Positions 26,376-36,714 of a DNA stretch of 64,000 bases are shown here, piece by piece. The notes beneath the pieces are model-generated. The model ran no database searches and was not told the origin of the DNA. It saw nothing but the letters and a program-made list of their open reading frames with translations. The position numbers were made by a program, and so were the translations under genes. Each line of letters starts with the position of its first letter. The first letter of the stretch is position 1. Origin of the DNA: a bacterium. GTDB lineage: Bacteria > Zhuqueibacterota > Zhuqueibacteria > Residuimicrobiales > Krinioviventaceae. The stretch lies in contig CAXXMD010000003.1 in assembly GCA_963675755.2 (NCBI GenBank), positions 1,632,001-1,696,000 on the forward strand, written 5' to 3'.

Positions 26376-28337
26376 ATGGATGATTATAGATCACTAACAG
26401 CTCGCGATATAGAGATACTAGAATCTAATGGCTGTTATTCCCAATCTTGGGAGATGATTAAAGTAAAACCCGGATTCCAACCGGAATTCTTTCGAAATGT
26501 CAGATTTTCCGGAGATGTATTACTTGGTAATAATTCAAGAAACATTGAATTGCCAGGGGGCCGCGCCTTTCATTCAGGGATCGAAAATGCAGTTATCCAC
26601 AATTGTGTCATCGAAGACAATGTTTATATAGCGAATGTACATACCACAATTGCCAATTACAGAATTAAGGATTATGCGGTAATAGAAAATGTTGGCACTT
26701 TATTGGTTGAGGGCGAGTCTTCCTTTGGGAATGGTACTGAAGTTAAAGTTATAAATGAAGGTGGTGGCAGAGAAGTGCCTATTTATGACAGACTGTCAGC
26801 TCAGACAGCCTATTTTTTAGCGATGTACCGGCACCGGCATAAACTGATCCAGCGTTTGGAACACATGATTGAAATGTATACGGATACGGTTATATCATTT
26901 CAGGGAACAATTGGTGAGCATGCACAGATACGGGATTGTAAAATATTAAAGAATCTTAATATTGGATCTTATGCAAAGCTGGAGGGAGCCGAACACCTTG
27001 AAAATGGATCAATAAACAGCGTTGAAGAGGATCCTGCGTTTATTGGAAGCGGTGTTATTGCTAAAAACTTTATTACCTCTTCCGGTTCAGTTATTGATGA
27101 TGGTGCTGTTGTTAACAATTTTTTCCTGGGACAGGCAAGCCGAATAGGCGGGCAATTTTCAGGAGAAAATCTTTTGGTTTTTGGCAATAGTGTGTGTTTG
27201 AATGGAGAAGCTTTTTCCGCTTTTATTGGTCCCTTTACTTTAACAGACCATAAATCTTCTTTAATTATAGCTGGAATTGTATCGTACTGGAATGCGGGTA
27301 GCGGAACGAATCAGAGTAATCATTTGTATAAACTGGGCCCTATACATCAGGGCATTATGGAGCGCGGCTGTAAAACCGCAAGCAATGCCTATATTATGTG
27401 GCCCGCACAAATCGGTGCGTTTTCTATGATCATGGGCAGGGTGTATACCCATCCTGATACTTCTGATATGCCTTTTTCATATGTTATTGGCAATACCGAT
27501 GGTACTACAACATTGATACCCGGTATTAATTTAAAATCCGTTGGCATGTTTAGAGATGCCGTAAAATGGCCACGTAGAGATAATCGTAAAGACCCGGTTT
27601 TGATTGACCGTATACATCCGAATGTGTTTACCACCTATACTGTGGAAAAAATGATCAAAGCGTTATCGCTTCTCAGATCCTTTGGAGATAAAGATGTAGA
27701 ATATAATGGCTGTATCATCAAGAAAAGTGCTATTGTAAGGGGCATTGAACTATATGACCGGTCTATAAATTTTTTCCTGGGTAAATTTCTGATTCGCAGT
27801 ATTAAAGAGAACTCTACTTTTAAAGAGTGGACTGATTCACTTGCCATTGAAAACAAGATAGCTGAAGGTGAGTGGCTGGATATTGCTGGAATGGTTGCTC
27901 CCAAGGAGGCATTGCATAATGTAATGGAAGATGTTGAAAATGGAAGAATCAGCAGCCTTTCACAGTTTAGACCTATTGTTTGTGGTATTCATTTCAATTA
28001 TCAGTCTTATCTTATGCCCTGGATTTGTAAACAACTGGAAAATCGTACTGGAAAGCACCCCAAAGACTGGAATGTGGATAACTTGAAAGAGTTTTCCACA
28101 ACTTATGAGCAGGCCATTGATTTTTATCATGATTTGTTATTGACAGACGCTTTAAAAGAGTTTGCACCGGATGTTAGAATCAGCTATGGACACAATGGAA
28201 CAGAGCAGGACCGCTATGCGGATTTTGCTGCCGTGAGAGGGGAATATGAATCTCATGTGATCATTGGGGATATTCGGGAATATTTTCAGGATAAAAAACA
28301 AGAACTGGAAAAAGCCAACCATTTGTTAAATTCTTAA
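26376..28337 (+). CDS. DUF4954 family protein (left-handed beta-helix)
   Basis: 'SFGNGTEV..INEGGGREV', 'GPFT...HKSSL' and 'NAGSGTNQSNHLYKLGPIHQG'. Confidence 0.85.
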   Translation: MDDYRSLTARDIEILESNGCYSQSWEMIKVKPGFQPEFFRNVRFSGDVLLGNNSRNIELPGGRAFHSGIENAVIHNCVIEDNVYIANVHTTIANYRIKDYAVIENVGTLLVEGESSFGNGTEVKVINEGGGREVPIYDRLSAQTAYFLAMYRHRHKLIQRLEHMIEMYTDTVISFQGTIGEHAQIRDCKILKNLNIGSYAKLEGAEHLENGSINSVEEDPAFIGSGVIAKNFITSSGSVIDDGAVVNNFFLGQASRIGGQFSGENLLVFGNSVCLNGEAFSAFIGPFTLTDHKSSLIIAGIVSYWNAGSGTNQSNHLYKLGPIHQGIMERGCKTASNAYIMWPAQIGAFSMIMGRVYTHPDTSDMPFSYVIGNTDGTTTLIPGINLKSVGMFRDAVKWPRRDNRKDPVLIDRIHPNVFTTYTVEKMIKALSLLRSFGDKDVEYNGCIIKKSAIVRGIELYDRSINFFLGKFLIRSIKENSTFKEWTDSLAIENKIAEGEWLDIAGMVAPKEALHNVMEDVENGRISSLSQFRPIVCGIHFNYQSYLMPWICKQLENRTGKHPKDWNVDNLKEFSTTYEQAIDFYHDLLLTDALKEFAPDVRISYGHNGTEQDRYADFAAVRGEYESHVIIGDIREYFQDKKQELEKANHLLNS

Positions 28338-28342
28338 TTATC

Positions 28343-28370
28343 AGGCCCTGTTGAAAAGACAGGGCTTTTT
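28343..28370 (+). terminator. Intrinsic terminator
   Basis: GCCCTGT-loop-ACAGGGC followed by TTTTT. Confidence 0.75.
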
Positions 28371-28441
28371 CTTATCCGGATGACAATTGTTTGATTGTTG
28401 CGTTTTGTATTTATTTCAAGAGGGGGGATTAGAGTAGACAT

Positions 28442-28468
28442 AAAAAAAGGCTGCCATTTGACAGCCTT
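28442..28468 (-). terminator. Intrinsic terminator (minus strand)
   Basis: AAGGCTG-loop-CAGCCTT with an A-tract on the + strand, just after the stop of the four-helix-bundle gene. Confidence 0.75.
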
Positions 28469-28474
28469 AAAAGA

Positions 28475-28843
28475 TCATGATTGAGAGGCAATAGACCGAA
28501 TCAGTCGCTTGAGCATTTTTTCGATATTCTCACAATTTTCCATTATTTCTTCCATGCCTTTGTGGTAACCCAAATCTTCTGCTAGTGTTAGCAGATACCG
28601 GAGTTGTTCAATTTCCGTAAGGGCGACTCTGTAGTAATGGACTTTGGTTTTTTTGCCCCGCTTTTGGAATCCAATAGCAATATTGGACGGTATGATCACT
28701 GCCACATCCCGTAGTTTGCTGGAAAGGTAGGATTGGTCCTTTTTCGGAAATTTAGTGGTGATTTGAAAGATTTCCAATACCATTTCATGGCTTTTTTGCC
28801 AAACTACCAGATCGTGGAATGATTCTACTTTTTTGTTCATCAT
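28475..28843 (-). CDS. Four helix bundle protein (23S rRNA IVP / S23-like family)
   Basis: 'SFHDLVVWQKSH', 'FPK' and 'IPSNIA.G'. Confidence 0.88.
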   Translation of the reverse strand: MMNKKVESFHDLVVWQKSHEMVLEIFQITTKFPKKDQSYLSSKLRDVAVIIPSNIAIGFQKRGKKTKVHYYRVALTEIEQLRYLLTLAEDLGYHKGMEEIMENCENIEKMLKRLIRSIASQS

Positions 28844-28934
28844 TCATTTTATTCCTATGCTATTAAGTCTATTTAAATATATCATTTCATAAAGCAAAAT
28901 CAAATTAATTTTATATAAAGAATGCATTGTTTCG

Positions 28935-29594
28935 CTAAAAAGGGTAAATTGCTATACCTGCGGAGAGTCGATAACCTCCAACGCTTGTGGCTTCAAATCC
29001 GGGTCTGCCGTTATAGCTACCTGATGATATGTCGAATTCACCATATATTGCCATAAAAGGAACCGGAAAATATTCTATTCCCAGCTCAAGATAAAAGCCA
29101 CTTCCCAGATCGTTATCTGCTTCCGCTTTTATAGAAGTAGCCGTTTCATCAACAGTAAAAATTGAAATGTCTACAGCTTCCTTAACATCAAAAAAGCCAA
29201 TGCCAAAACCATAATATGAACTAAACTTGCTATCAATGGGGGGGTGTACTCTGACACCGATTTTGTACCATTTTTCATCCCATTTGGCATTTTCAAGATT
29301 AAAATCGGTATCTTTATAGGTTCCGGATTTTCCGCTTTTTGAAAATTGGCCATATTTAAATACAGCATAATAGCTCCTGTAAAAACGAGCAGATGCAAAT
29401 GCTCCAACAGAACCACCCCATTTATTTGAATAAATTTCATCAAAATCATCAAAAGAGATTCTGAAAAATGCGGCATCTCCGCCAAAGGATACACGAGGTT
29501 GATTGTATGCATAAAAACCTTGTGAAAAAACAGGAGTTATAACGCCTAAAAGTAATCCAATAATCATCCAGTTTAAAATTTGTTTAATTTGCAT
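28935..29594 (-). CDS. Putative outer-membrane beta-barrel protein
   Basis: Signal peptide, alternating aromatic/Gly strands, C-terminal Phe. Confidence 0.65.
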   Translation of the reverse strand: MQIKQILNWMIIGLLLGVITPVFSQGFYAYNQPRVSFGGDAAFFRISFDDFDEIYSNKWGGSVGAFASARFYRSYYAVFKYGQFSKSGKSGTYKDTDFNLENAKWDEKWYKIGVRVHPPIDSKFSSYYGFGIGFFDVKEAVDISIFTVDETATSIKAEADNDLGSGFYLELGIEYFPVPFMAIYGEFDISSGSYNGRPGFEATSVGGYRLSAGIAIYPF

Positions 29595-29991
29595 TTTGGG
29601 TCCTGTACTTTTGAATCAGAATATATAATAGTTTAAATAGCAATCCTGCAAATAAAATTCCCAGGAAATCTGCAAGAAAATCCATAACATCACCTTGTCT
29701 GCCGGGTATTGGTATTTGGTGAAGTTCATCAAATATTGCAAATATACTGCTGATTAATATACCCTTGTTCCATTGATTTTGTTTCACAACCGGACCATTT
29801 TTTACAATAGCCAGTAATACAAGTGCAGATAGAATAAAATATACACCAAAGTGTGCTAGTTTGTCTACAGGATCAAAACCAATATCCGGTAACTTGATAG
29901 ATGGATAAGATGTTAAAGCTAAAATAACAATAGCCCAAATGAAGGCCGGCAGTTGGTATATAATAAACGGTAGTGTGCGAGTTTTATCCAT
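29584..29991 (-). CDS. VanZ family membrane protein
   Basis: 'DKLAHFGVY', 'DELHQ..IPGR' and 'DFLAD..G'. Confidence 0.9.
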   Translation of the reverse strand: MDKTRTLPFIIYQLPAFIWAIVILALTSYPSIKLPDIGFDPVDKLAHFGVYFILSALVLLAIVKNGPVVKQNQWNKGILISSIFAIFDELHQIPIPGRQGDVMDFLADFLGILFAGLLFKLLYILIQKYRTQNAN

Positions 29992-31522
29992 TTTTTACTT
30001 TTTCCATAGCTCTTGGTAGATTGTTTAATATGTCCATAGCAGTCATTCCTGCTTCACCCATATCATCTTTTGCCAGGTCACCTGCAAGTCCGTGTATATA
30101 AACACCTGCCAGTGCTGCCTTGTATGTGCCCAGTCCCTGAGAGATAAAGCCGGCAATAATACCGGTTAGTACATCTCCGGAACCCGCTGTTGCCATGCCG
30201 GCATTACCGGTAGGATTGATGTAGACATCGCCTTCCGGTGTACCTACAAGCGTTGGACCGCCCTTGAGAACCAGAACCTGGTTCCATTTTTTACTGTATT
30301 TACGTACCCACTCTATCCGATCAGATTGTATTTCTTTGATCGATAAACCGGTTAATCGAGAAAATTCACCCGGATGCGGTGTGAGCACCATTTCTCCGCG
30401 ATAGTTGATGATGCTTTCCGGATGATTGGCGCATATATTTAATCCATCCGCATCCAGTACCATGGATTTATCAAGATCTTTTAACAATTGTAGAACCAGT
30501 TCGCTGGTTTCCTGTGCCTGACCCAAACCCGGACCCAAAGCAACAACCGATTGTTCATTGATCTTTTCTTTGATTTTATCTATGTCTTTGATTGAGAGGT
30601 AACCCTTGTCGTTGTCAAAAGGCCAGGTAATGACTTCGGCCATTTGTGATTCATATATAACATTAAGACTGGCTGGCGCACACAAATATGATAAACCGGA
30701 TCCGGATTTTAACACAGCCATACTGGACAAGCAGGCCGCACCAGTAAATCCGCGTGAACCGGCTACAACGGCAACCGTACCGAATTTGTTCTTGTATGCG
30801 TCTAATGGTCTTGAAGGTAATAAACCTTTAATTTCTTCGGGTTCGGGCATCCACACTTTGGAGATGTTGTTATCAAATGCCTTTTGCGGCATACTGATAT
30901 CGATTGTTTCAATTTTACCGGCAAACTCTCTACCGGGGGAAAACAACAGGCCAGGTTTTGGCAGGGCCATTGTTGCGGTAATATCTGCTTTAATAACGGG
31001 GCCGTTTATAGAGCCGTCATCTCCATTTACGCCTGTTGGAATATCAACAGCCAATGTTTTACAGGGCTGCTGGTTTGCCCATTCAACGTATTCTATAAAT
31101 ATTCCTCTTAATGCACCTTTAACACCGGTACCCAGCATTGCGTCTATAATGAGATCCGGTTTGACGATTGGCTGTACAAAAGTATCAAGAAATCTCACAA
31201 GGTGGTCCATTTTTTCGAGGATCTCAAGGTTAACCAGTGCATCGTCTTTGATCTTTTCGCGCGGGGACAGTACCAGGGTATAAACCTGAGCACCCTGATT
31301 TATCAAGTGTCTGGCGGCTACAAAACCGTCTCCGCCATTATTCCCGGGACCGCAAAGTATCAAAACTTGTTTGCCCGCAGGGTTGTTTTTTAATAGAACC
31401 AGGGCTTGATTTACCACACCAATTCCGGCATTTTCCATCAATACAACACCGGGTATTTTCAACTGATCAATACAATATGCATCTATTTCAGACATTTGTT
31501 TGGCGGTTACAATGGGTTTCAT
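29984..31522 (-). CDS. nnr: Bifunctional NAD(P)H-hydrate epimerase/dehydratase
   Basis: 'LMENAG', 'GPGNNGGDG', 'DIPTG', 'GPGLG', 'LTPHPGEF' and 'ATAGSGDVL'. Confidence 0.95.
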   Translation of the reverse strand: MKPIVTAKQMSEIDAYCIDQLKIPGVVLMENAGIGVVNQALVLLKNNPAGKQVLILCGPGNNGGDGFVAARHLINQGAQVYTLVLSPREKIKDDALVNLEILEKMDHLVRFLDTFVQPIVKPDLIIDAMLGTGVKGALRGIFIEYVEWANQQPCKTLAVDIPTGVNGDDGSINGPVIKADITATMALPKPGLLFSPGREFAGKIETIDISMPQKAFDNNISKVWMPEPEEIKGLLPSRPLDAYKNKFGTVAVVAGSRGFTGAACLSSMAVLKSGSGLSYLCAPASLNVIYESQMAEVITWPFDNDKGYLSIKDIDKIKEKINEQSVVALGPGLGQAQETSELVLQLLKDLDKSMVLDADGLNICANHPESIINYRGEMVLTPHPGEFSRLTGLSIKEIQSDRIEWVRKYSKKWNQVLVLKGGPTLVGTPEGDVYINPTGNAGMATAGSGDVLTGIIAGFISQGLGTYKAALAGVYIHGLAGDLAKDDMGEAGMTAMDILNNLPRAMEKVKNG

Positions 31523-31902
31523 GGGTTATTCTCCTCTTTTTCAAGAACAATAACGGCAACAGCTGATGATGGGCTGTGCGAAAGGCTGACATGTATTGAA
31601 ACATTTTCTAATTTTGACAGCATTTTACCCCTCAAGCGAACTACCGGGCGGCCGTTTTTAGCGTTTATGATCTCCATATCCTGCCAGCTGAAACCAATTT
31701 GGTCGTTGTCATCCAGACATTTAATCAGAGCTTCTTTGGCTGCAAACCGGGCAGCCATAGAATGGATAGCATTATGTTTGGCTTTACAATAGTAAAGTTC
31801 TTTTGGGGAGAGTATCCGGTTTAAAAATTTATCTCCCCATTTATTGATAGTTTTTTCAAACCGTTCAATATCGACAATATCTATGCCAACAGATTGCACC
31901 AT
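31519..31902 (-). CDS. acpS: Holo-[acyl-carrier-protein] synthase
   Basis: 'GIDIV', 'ARFAAKEA' and 'VSLSH'. Confidence 0.95.
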   Translation of the reverse strand: MVQSVGIDIVDIERFEKTINKWGDKFLNRILSPKELYYCKAKHNAIHSMAARFAAKEALIKCLDDNDQIGFSWQDMEIINAKNGRPVVRLRGKMLSKLENVSIHVSLSHSPSSAVAVIVLEKEENNP

Positions 31903-32049
31903 AAAATCATTCCCTGATATGCATTAATTATATATGTTTCAACGCCTTAAAGTAACATTTGGTATATATTTTTGCAACAACTTTTCCTTGATTGTTAATC
32001 ATTTTTAATGTAATTTTGTTAAATATTATTTAACCTTATCCAATCAGGC

Positions 32050-32625
32050 ATGACTAACCAGACTTTTTCATTAATAAATCAGGCGCTTGAAGGTGATCAA
32101 AAGGCGTATGCTGAAATTGTAAATCAGTATCAGGAAAAGATTTATAATTTTGTATTCCGAATGGTCAAAGACCGCCCCCTGGCTGAAGATATTACGCAAG
32201 AGACCTTTATAAAGGCCTTTCGTGCATTATCTTCATTCAATTCTGAATATGCGTTTTCTACCTGGCTTTTTAAAATTGCCGCCAATAATTGTATTGATCA
32301 TTTTCGAAAGAAAAAGTTGAAAACATTTTCTTTGGATACTCCCATAAGCGTTAAAGAGGGTGATATTCAAAGAGATTATCCGGATACTACAAATGTTGGC
32401 CCTGAAGACGGCATGATTTCTCAGGAAAAGCGTTTTCAGATCAAGGATGCAATTGATTCGTTACCCAGAAAATACAGAGATGCTATTTTATTACGCCACA
32501 CTCAGGACAAATCTTATGAAGAGATTGCTGAAGAGTTGGACATTCCGCTGGGAACAGTCAAAGTGCGTATATTCAGGGCACGGGAAATGCTAAAAAAGAA
32601 ATTGCGCGATCAACTACGTTCTTAA
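32050..32625 (+). CDS. ECF RNA polymerase sigma factor (SigW/RpoE-like)
   Basis: 'AEDITQETFIKA', 'FSTWLFKIA.N', 'SYEEIA' and 'GTVKVRIFRAR'. Confidence 0.93.
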   Translation: MTNQTFSLINQALEGDQKAYAEIVNQYQEKIYNFVFRMVKDRPLAEDITQETFIKAFRALSSFNSEYAFSTWLFKIAANNCIDHFRKKKLKTFSLDTPISVKEGDIQRDYPDTTNVGPEDGMISQEKRFQIKDAIDSLPRKYRDAILLRHTQDKSYEEIAEELDIPLGTVKVRIFRAREMLKKKLRDQLRS

Positions 32626-32649
32626 AGCCGTGACCATGTCGCGGCTTTG
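32624..32649 (+). terminator. Possible terminator hairpin
   Basis: AAAGCCGTGAC-cat-GTCGCGGCTTT with only a short T-tract. Confidence 0.55.
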
Positions 32650-32687
32650 TTGGTTAGGGCTGGTTCGATTTAAATTGAGGTCGTCTA

Positions 32688-33647
32688 TTGTCATTTGTTC
32701 GTCAAATGGAAAAAGCTGAAATAGCGGAGGTAAATCATCTGCTATCCAGGGCTTTTACCCAGGGGAGGATTGATGATGGTTATCATCAGACACATATTCC
32801 TCTTTGCCGCCCACAGTTTTTGGAAATGTATCAGGAAGAATGTCCTGAAGGTTGTCTGGTTATTACAGAACATGACAGAATCCTCGGTGTATCTTTTAAC
32901 CATATTTGGGGTAAAACCGGTTGGATAGGGCCCCTGGCGGTTGATCCGGATTTTCACTTGTCCGGAATTGGCAAAAAGATAACAACAGAATCCATACAAT
33001 TCCTCAAATATAACGGATGCACAACCATAGGTTTGGAAACCAATCCCAGAAGCGCTAGAAATATTGGGTTTTATGGCAGACTTGGATTTGTGACCGGTTC
33101 GTTAACTGCCGATATGATTCGGGCTGTTCCCATAAATGCGGATAACAATTCACAACCATTGAAAATTATTTTCTATTCTGAATGTTCTGATTCTGACCAG
33201 AACGTTTTTTGTGATATTGTAAAAAAACTGGTGGCCCCCAATGCCGCAAACATTGAGTTTGATCCCTTGATAAACAGTTTAACCAATTTTGGATTTGGAG
33301 ATTCTGTGCTTTTTATGAATGGATCTGTACCGGTTGCTTATTGTTCATTTCAAACCCGATCTACATCCATAGAAGAAGAACATTATATATTACGAATTGT
33401 TGCATTTGCTGCTAATCCTCAAACCCCTCTAACTTATTTTGAACATTTTTTTACCGCACTGGAAAGTATAGCACGCAACCGGGAACTGGACCAGTTGTTG
33501 TTACGCCTGCCTCTCGAAAATACCGCTTTATATCATCATTTTCTGGGAATGAATTTCAAAGTCATACATACAGACCAGCGCATGACTCTCAAAGACTTTC
33601 CCGAGCGTTTGAATAAAAACGCGATTTATTTCAACCGTTGGGTGTAA
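32688..33647 (+). CDS. GNAT family N-acetyltransferase
   Basis: 'WIGPLAVDPDFHLSGIGK' and 'GFYGRLGF'; tandem-GNAT length. Confidence 0.82.
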   Translation: MSFVRQMEKAEIAEVNHLLSRAFTQGRIDDGYHQTHIPLCRPQFLEMYQEECPEGCLVITEHDRILGVSFNHIWGKTGWIGPLAVDPDFHLSGIGKKITTESIQFLKYNGCTTIGLETNPRSARNIGFYGRLGFVTGSLTADMIRAVPINADNNSQPLKIIFYSECSDSDQNVFCDIVKKLVAPNAANIEFDPLINSLTNFGFGDSVLFMNGSVPVAYCSFQTRSTSIEEEHYILRIVAFAANPQTPLTYFEHFFTALESIARNRELDQLLLRLPLENTALYHHFLGMNFKVIHTDQRMTLKDFPERLNKNAIYFNRWV

Positions 33648-34447
33648 CTGTGTCTAACTCGCTTGATGGAATCGTTGTTTCTGCCAGTAGACGTACTGAT
33701 ATGATTGCCGGAAACCCGGATTTGTTAGTGGAACGTTTAAAGCAGGTGATGCATGAACAACCGGTCCATTCTGTGGTTTTTTGGACCAAAGATCCCTCAA
33801 ATCTGTTTAATCACTATGAATTAAATTCTCTGTTGAAAACACTGGACCAGGTGTTTGTGTTATATTCCATTACCGGTTTGGGTGGTACCGAGCTGGAACC
33901 CATGGTCCCGGATGCAGATTCAGCTATCGATATGCTGCCACAGCTTGTAGAATTGGTAAAAAGCCCCAAGCGAGTACGGATTCGGTTTGATCCCATTGTT
34001 CATCTTAAAATGCCGGATAAAAGAGAGATTTGTAATCTGGATTTTTTTGAAATCCTGGCTCCTCAAGCTGCTGCACAGGGTATTTATCATATTATAACCA
34101 GTTGGGTAGAAATTTATACCAAAGTTGAAAAGCGGTTGTCAAAGCGAGGTATTTCTGTTATAGATATTGACGATGCCCAAAAAACCCGGGAAACAGAATG
34201 GCTTGAGAGTATTGCGGAAAAGTATGGGATAGAACTGGACGGATGCTGTGTGCCCGGTTGGCAGCGTTCACGTTGTATTGATGGGTATGTGTTGAATGAA
34301 TTACATCCCAAAGGATTCAAGGCTACTGTGAGCAAGGCCTCGGGGCAGCGAACTTTGTGCGGGTGTACAAAGAGTAAGGATATTGGCTGGTATCATAAAT
34401 GTCCGCATGGGTGTTTGTATTGTTATGGAAATCCTGATCTTAGATAA
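33638..34447 (+). CDS. DUF1848 family protein
   Basis: 'VSASRRTD', 'VFWTK', 'RFDPI' and C-terminal 'CGCTKSKDIG...CPHGCLYCY'. Confidence 0.88.
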   Translation: MGVTVSNSLDGIVVSASRRTDMIAGNPDLLVERLKQVMHEQPVHSVVFWTKDPSNLFNHYELNSLLKTLDQVFVLYSITGLGGTELEPMVPDADSAIDMLPQLVELVKSPKRVRIRFDPIVHLKMPDKREICNLDFFEILAPQAAAQGIYHIITSWVEIYTKVEKRLSKRGISVIDIDDAQKTRETEWLESIAEKYGIELDGCCVPGWQRSRCIDGYVLNELHPKGFKATVSKASGQRTLCGCTKSKDIGWYHKCPHGCLYCYGNPDLR

Positions 34448-35567
34448 AAGACCTGCTTTTTAAATCAAATTCAATATTAAATATGGTGCCGTCTGAAGCT
34501 GTTATATCCAGCTTTCCATCCAATTGTGATATAACAAGCGAGTTAATTAATTTCATGCCTAAATTTTTACTGCTTTTCCCTTTTTCATCTATACCAATTC
34601 CATTGTCTTTGATTGTAAGAAAAACTCTGTTATTGTTTTGGGCCATTTCCAGTGAAATGGTATTGTTCAAGTTGGTTGCATCTTTGAATGCATACTTTAA
34701 TGAATTTGAAATAATTTCATTCAAGGTTAAACACGCGGGTATTGCCTGGTCGAGATCTAGAATTACCGTGTCCATTGAAAATTGAAAAGATAAATTTTCA
34801 ATGGTTGGTTGCATATCGCTTTGTAAAGAATAACAAAGTTCTTTGATATAATCCGTAAAGTTGATTTTTGTAAAGTTTTTAGATTTATAAATCATTTCAT
34901 GAACAAGTGCCATGGAGCGGATACGGTTTTGACTGTTTTTAAAAAAATTAACAATAATGGGATCTTTGAATCCTCTTGATTGTAAATATAACAGACTTGA
35001 TATTATTTGAAGGTTGTTTTTTACCCGATGGTGCACCTCTTTAACAAGAGTTTCTTTTTCTCTCAAAGATTCCCGTAAAAAATGTTCGGCATTTTTTTCC
35101 ATAGTTATATCATGAAATTGAACAGCAATCCTATCGGGTTGAGGGCAGAAGATATTGATAGAAAACCATTTATCCATATCTTTAAAATATTCTTCAACGT
35201 TTTTTGCAATATTGTCTCTAAAAACAGTTTGACAGTTTTTGTACAAGCTTTTGTTTTTTGAAAAAAACGTTGAAAGGTTAGTGTTTAAAAGAGAGGACTT
35301 TTCCCAGTTTGTTGATTTTAAAAGGGCAGAATTCACATCAATTATTTTCAAGTCTGGTATTTTGTTACCGTTTGAATATTCGGCCTGGCAAACAAGTAAT
35401 CCGTCAAACATGTTTTCAAACAAAAAACGATAATTCTGTTCGCTTTTTTCCAGCTTTGCAATTTGTTCCTGCAACTGAGGGTAGTAGCTTTTTTTATGGG
35501 ATGATTTGCTTACACCTATAATACGATCAAGCATTTCCTTATGATCAGGTGGCAAAGATTTTTTCAT
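34440..35567 (-). CDS. PAS sensor histidine kinase (HisKA_2) with ErcS-like N-terminus
   Basis: 'IIGVSKSSHKKSYYPQLQ', PAS domain, 'EVHHRVKNNLQ' and 'DNGIG'. ATG at 35567 overlaps the 3' end of the ercA-like gene. Confidence 0.85.
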   Translation of the reverse strand: MKKSLPPDHKEMLDRIIGVSKSSHKKSYYPQLQEQIAKLEKSEQNYRFLFENMFDGLLVCQAEYSNGNKIPDLKIIDVNSALLKSTNWEKSSLLNTNLSTFFSKNKSLYKNCQTVFRDNIAKNVEEYFKDMDKWFSINIFCPQPDRIAVQFHDITMEKNAEHFLRESLREKETLVKEVHHRVKNNLQIISSLLYLQSRGFKDPIIVNFFKNSQNRIRSMALVHEMIYKSKNFTKINFTDYIKELCYSLQSDMQPTIENLSFQFSMDTVILDLDQAIPACLTLNEIISNSLKYAFKDATNLNNTISLEMAQNNNRVFLTIKDNGIGIDEKGKSSKNLGMKLINSLVISQLDGKLDITASDGTIFNIEFDLKSRSFI

Positions 35568-36714
35568 ACAGGCTCCGGACGTTATCAACAGTAGGTCTGT
35601 AGGGATTTGTAACAGAACACGGATCATTACAGGCATTTTTACTCATTTGTAAAATTTGATCTGGCGTTACGGAGCTGTTCAGTTTATCGCTTGTGATGTT
35701 TAGAGAATGTCTGAGTGATTGAATAGCTTTTACAAGTATATCCTTTTGATGTTCTGCTGCTTTTCCTGATATTTTTAATCCCAGTGCTTTGCTGATTTCA
35801 TTATATTTTTCAACAGATGATGAATAATTAAAATCTACTACAACTTCGAGCAAAAGTGCGTTGCATAAACCATGGGCAAAATCCAACAATCCCCCCATAC
35901 TGTGGGCCATACTGTGAACGAGTCCCAGGCTGGCATTGGAAAATGCCATGCCCGCATAGTGGCTCCCCAACATCATCATTTCACGCGCATGGATATTATC
36001 CGGTTCATTATAGGCAATTGGTAGATATTCCCAAATGAGCTTGATTGCATGTAGCGCGTGCAAGTCTGTAATAGGAGAGCTGCCTGTAGAGACAAAGGCT
36101 TCAAATGCGTGCACCAGTGCATCCATGCCGGTTTCAGCCGTTAATTGCGGATCCATAGTGCTTGTTAATAGTGGATCAATTAAAGCAACGTCAGGAACTA
36201 CGGATTTACTGATTATAGCAATTTTAACATTTTCTGTGGTATTGTTTATTATAGCAAATTGAGAAATGTCTGCAGCTGTACCGGCTGTTGTTGGTATACA
36301 AATAAGAGGAGGACCTGGCTTTGGAACTTCATCTACACCTTCAAATTCCAGAACATGTTTTTTGTTGCAACTCGCAATGCCAATCCCTTTTGCACAATCC
36401 ATCACACTGCCGCCGCCTATTGCTACAATGATATCACATTTTTGTTCAACGCAAATTTGGGCGCCTTCCATTACCTCATAGTCTTTGGGATTTGGAGTGA
36501 TATTTTTGAATAAATGATAATGAATACCGGCATCTTTTAGAATATCTTCAACCTGGCCTGTCCAACCTGCATTTATCAGGCCGTCGTCGGTTACCAGCAG
36601 AACATTTTCCCCGGAAAAATTATTAACAAAATTTGCTGTATGATCTACAGCGCCATCCCCAAAAATAAACTCGGGAACAACAAATTTTCTCAATTCCAGC
36701 CGGTTTTTTGTCAT
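35545..36714 (-). CDS. ercA: Iron-containing alcohol dehydrogenase family, ErcA-like regulatory type
   Basis: 'LRKFVVPEFIFG', 'GGGSVMD', 'PTTAGTAADISQFAII', 'DALVHAFE' and 'GLVHSMAH'; coupled to a kinase. Confidence 0.78.
   Translation of the reverse strand: MTKNRLELRKFVVPEFIFGDGAVDHTANFVNNFSGENVLLVTDDGLINAGWTGQVEDILKDAGIHYHLFKNITPNPKDYEVMEGAQICVEQKCDIIVAIGGGSVMDCAKGIGIASCNKKHVLEFEGVDEVPKPGPPLICIPTTAGTAADISQFAIINNTTENVKIAIISKSVVPDVALIDPLLTSTMDPQLTAETGMDALVHAFEAFVSTGSSPITDLHALHAIKLIWEYLPIAYNEPDNIHAREMMMLGSHYAGMAFSNASLGLVHSMAHSMGGLLDFAHGLCNALLLEVVVDFNYSSSVEKYNEISKALGLKISGKAAEHQKDILVKAIQSLRHSLNITSDKLNSSVTPDQILQMSKNACNDPCSVTNPYRPTVDNVRSLYEKIFAT

Noticed and set aside
28475-28843. Four-helix-bundle gene as a DGR Avd or a 23S rRNA intervening sequence
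   Set aside because: There is no reverse transcriptase, no TR/VR pair with adenine-specific mismatches and no rRNA in the window.
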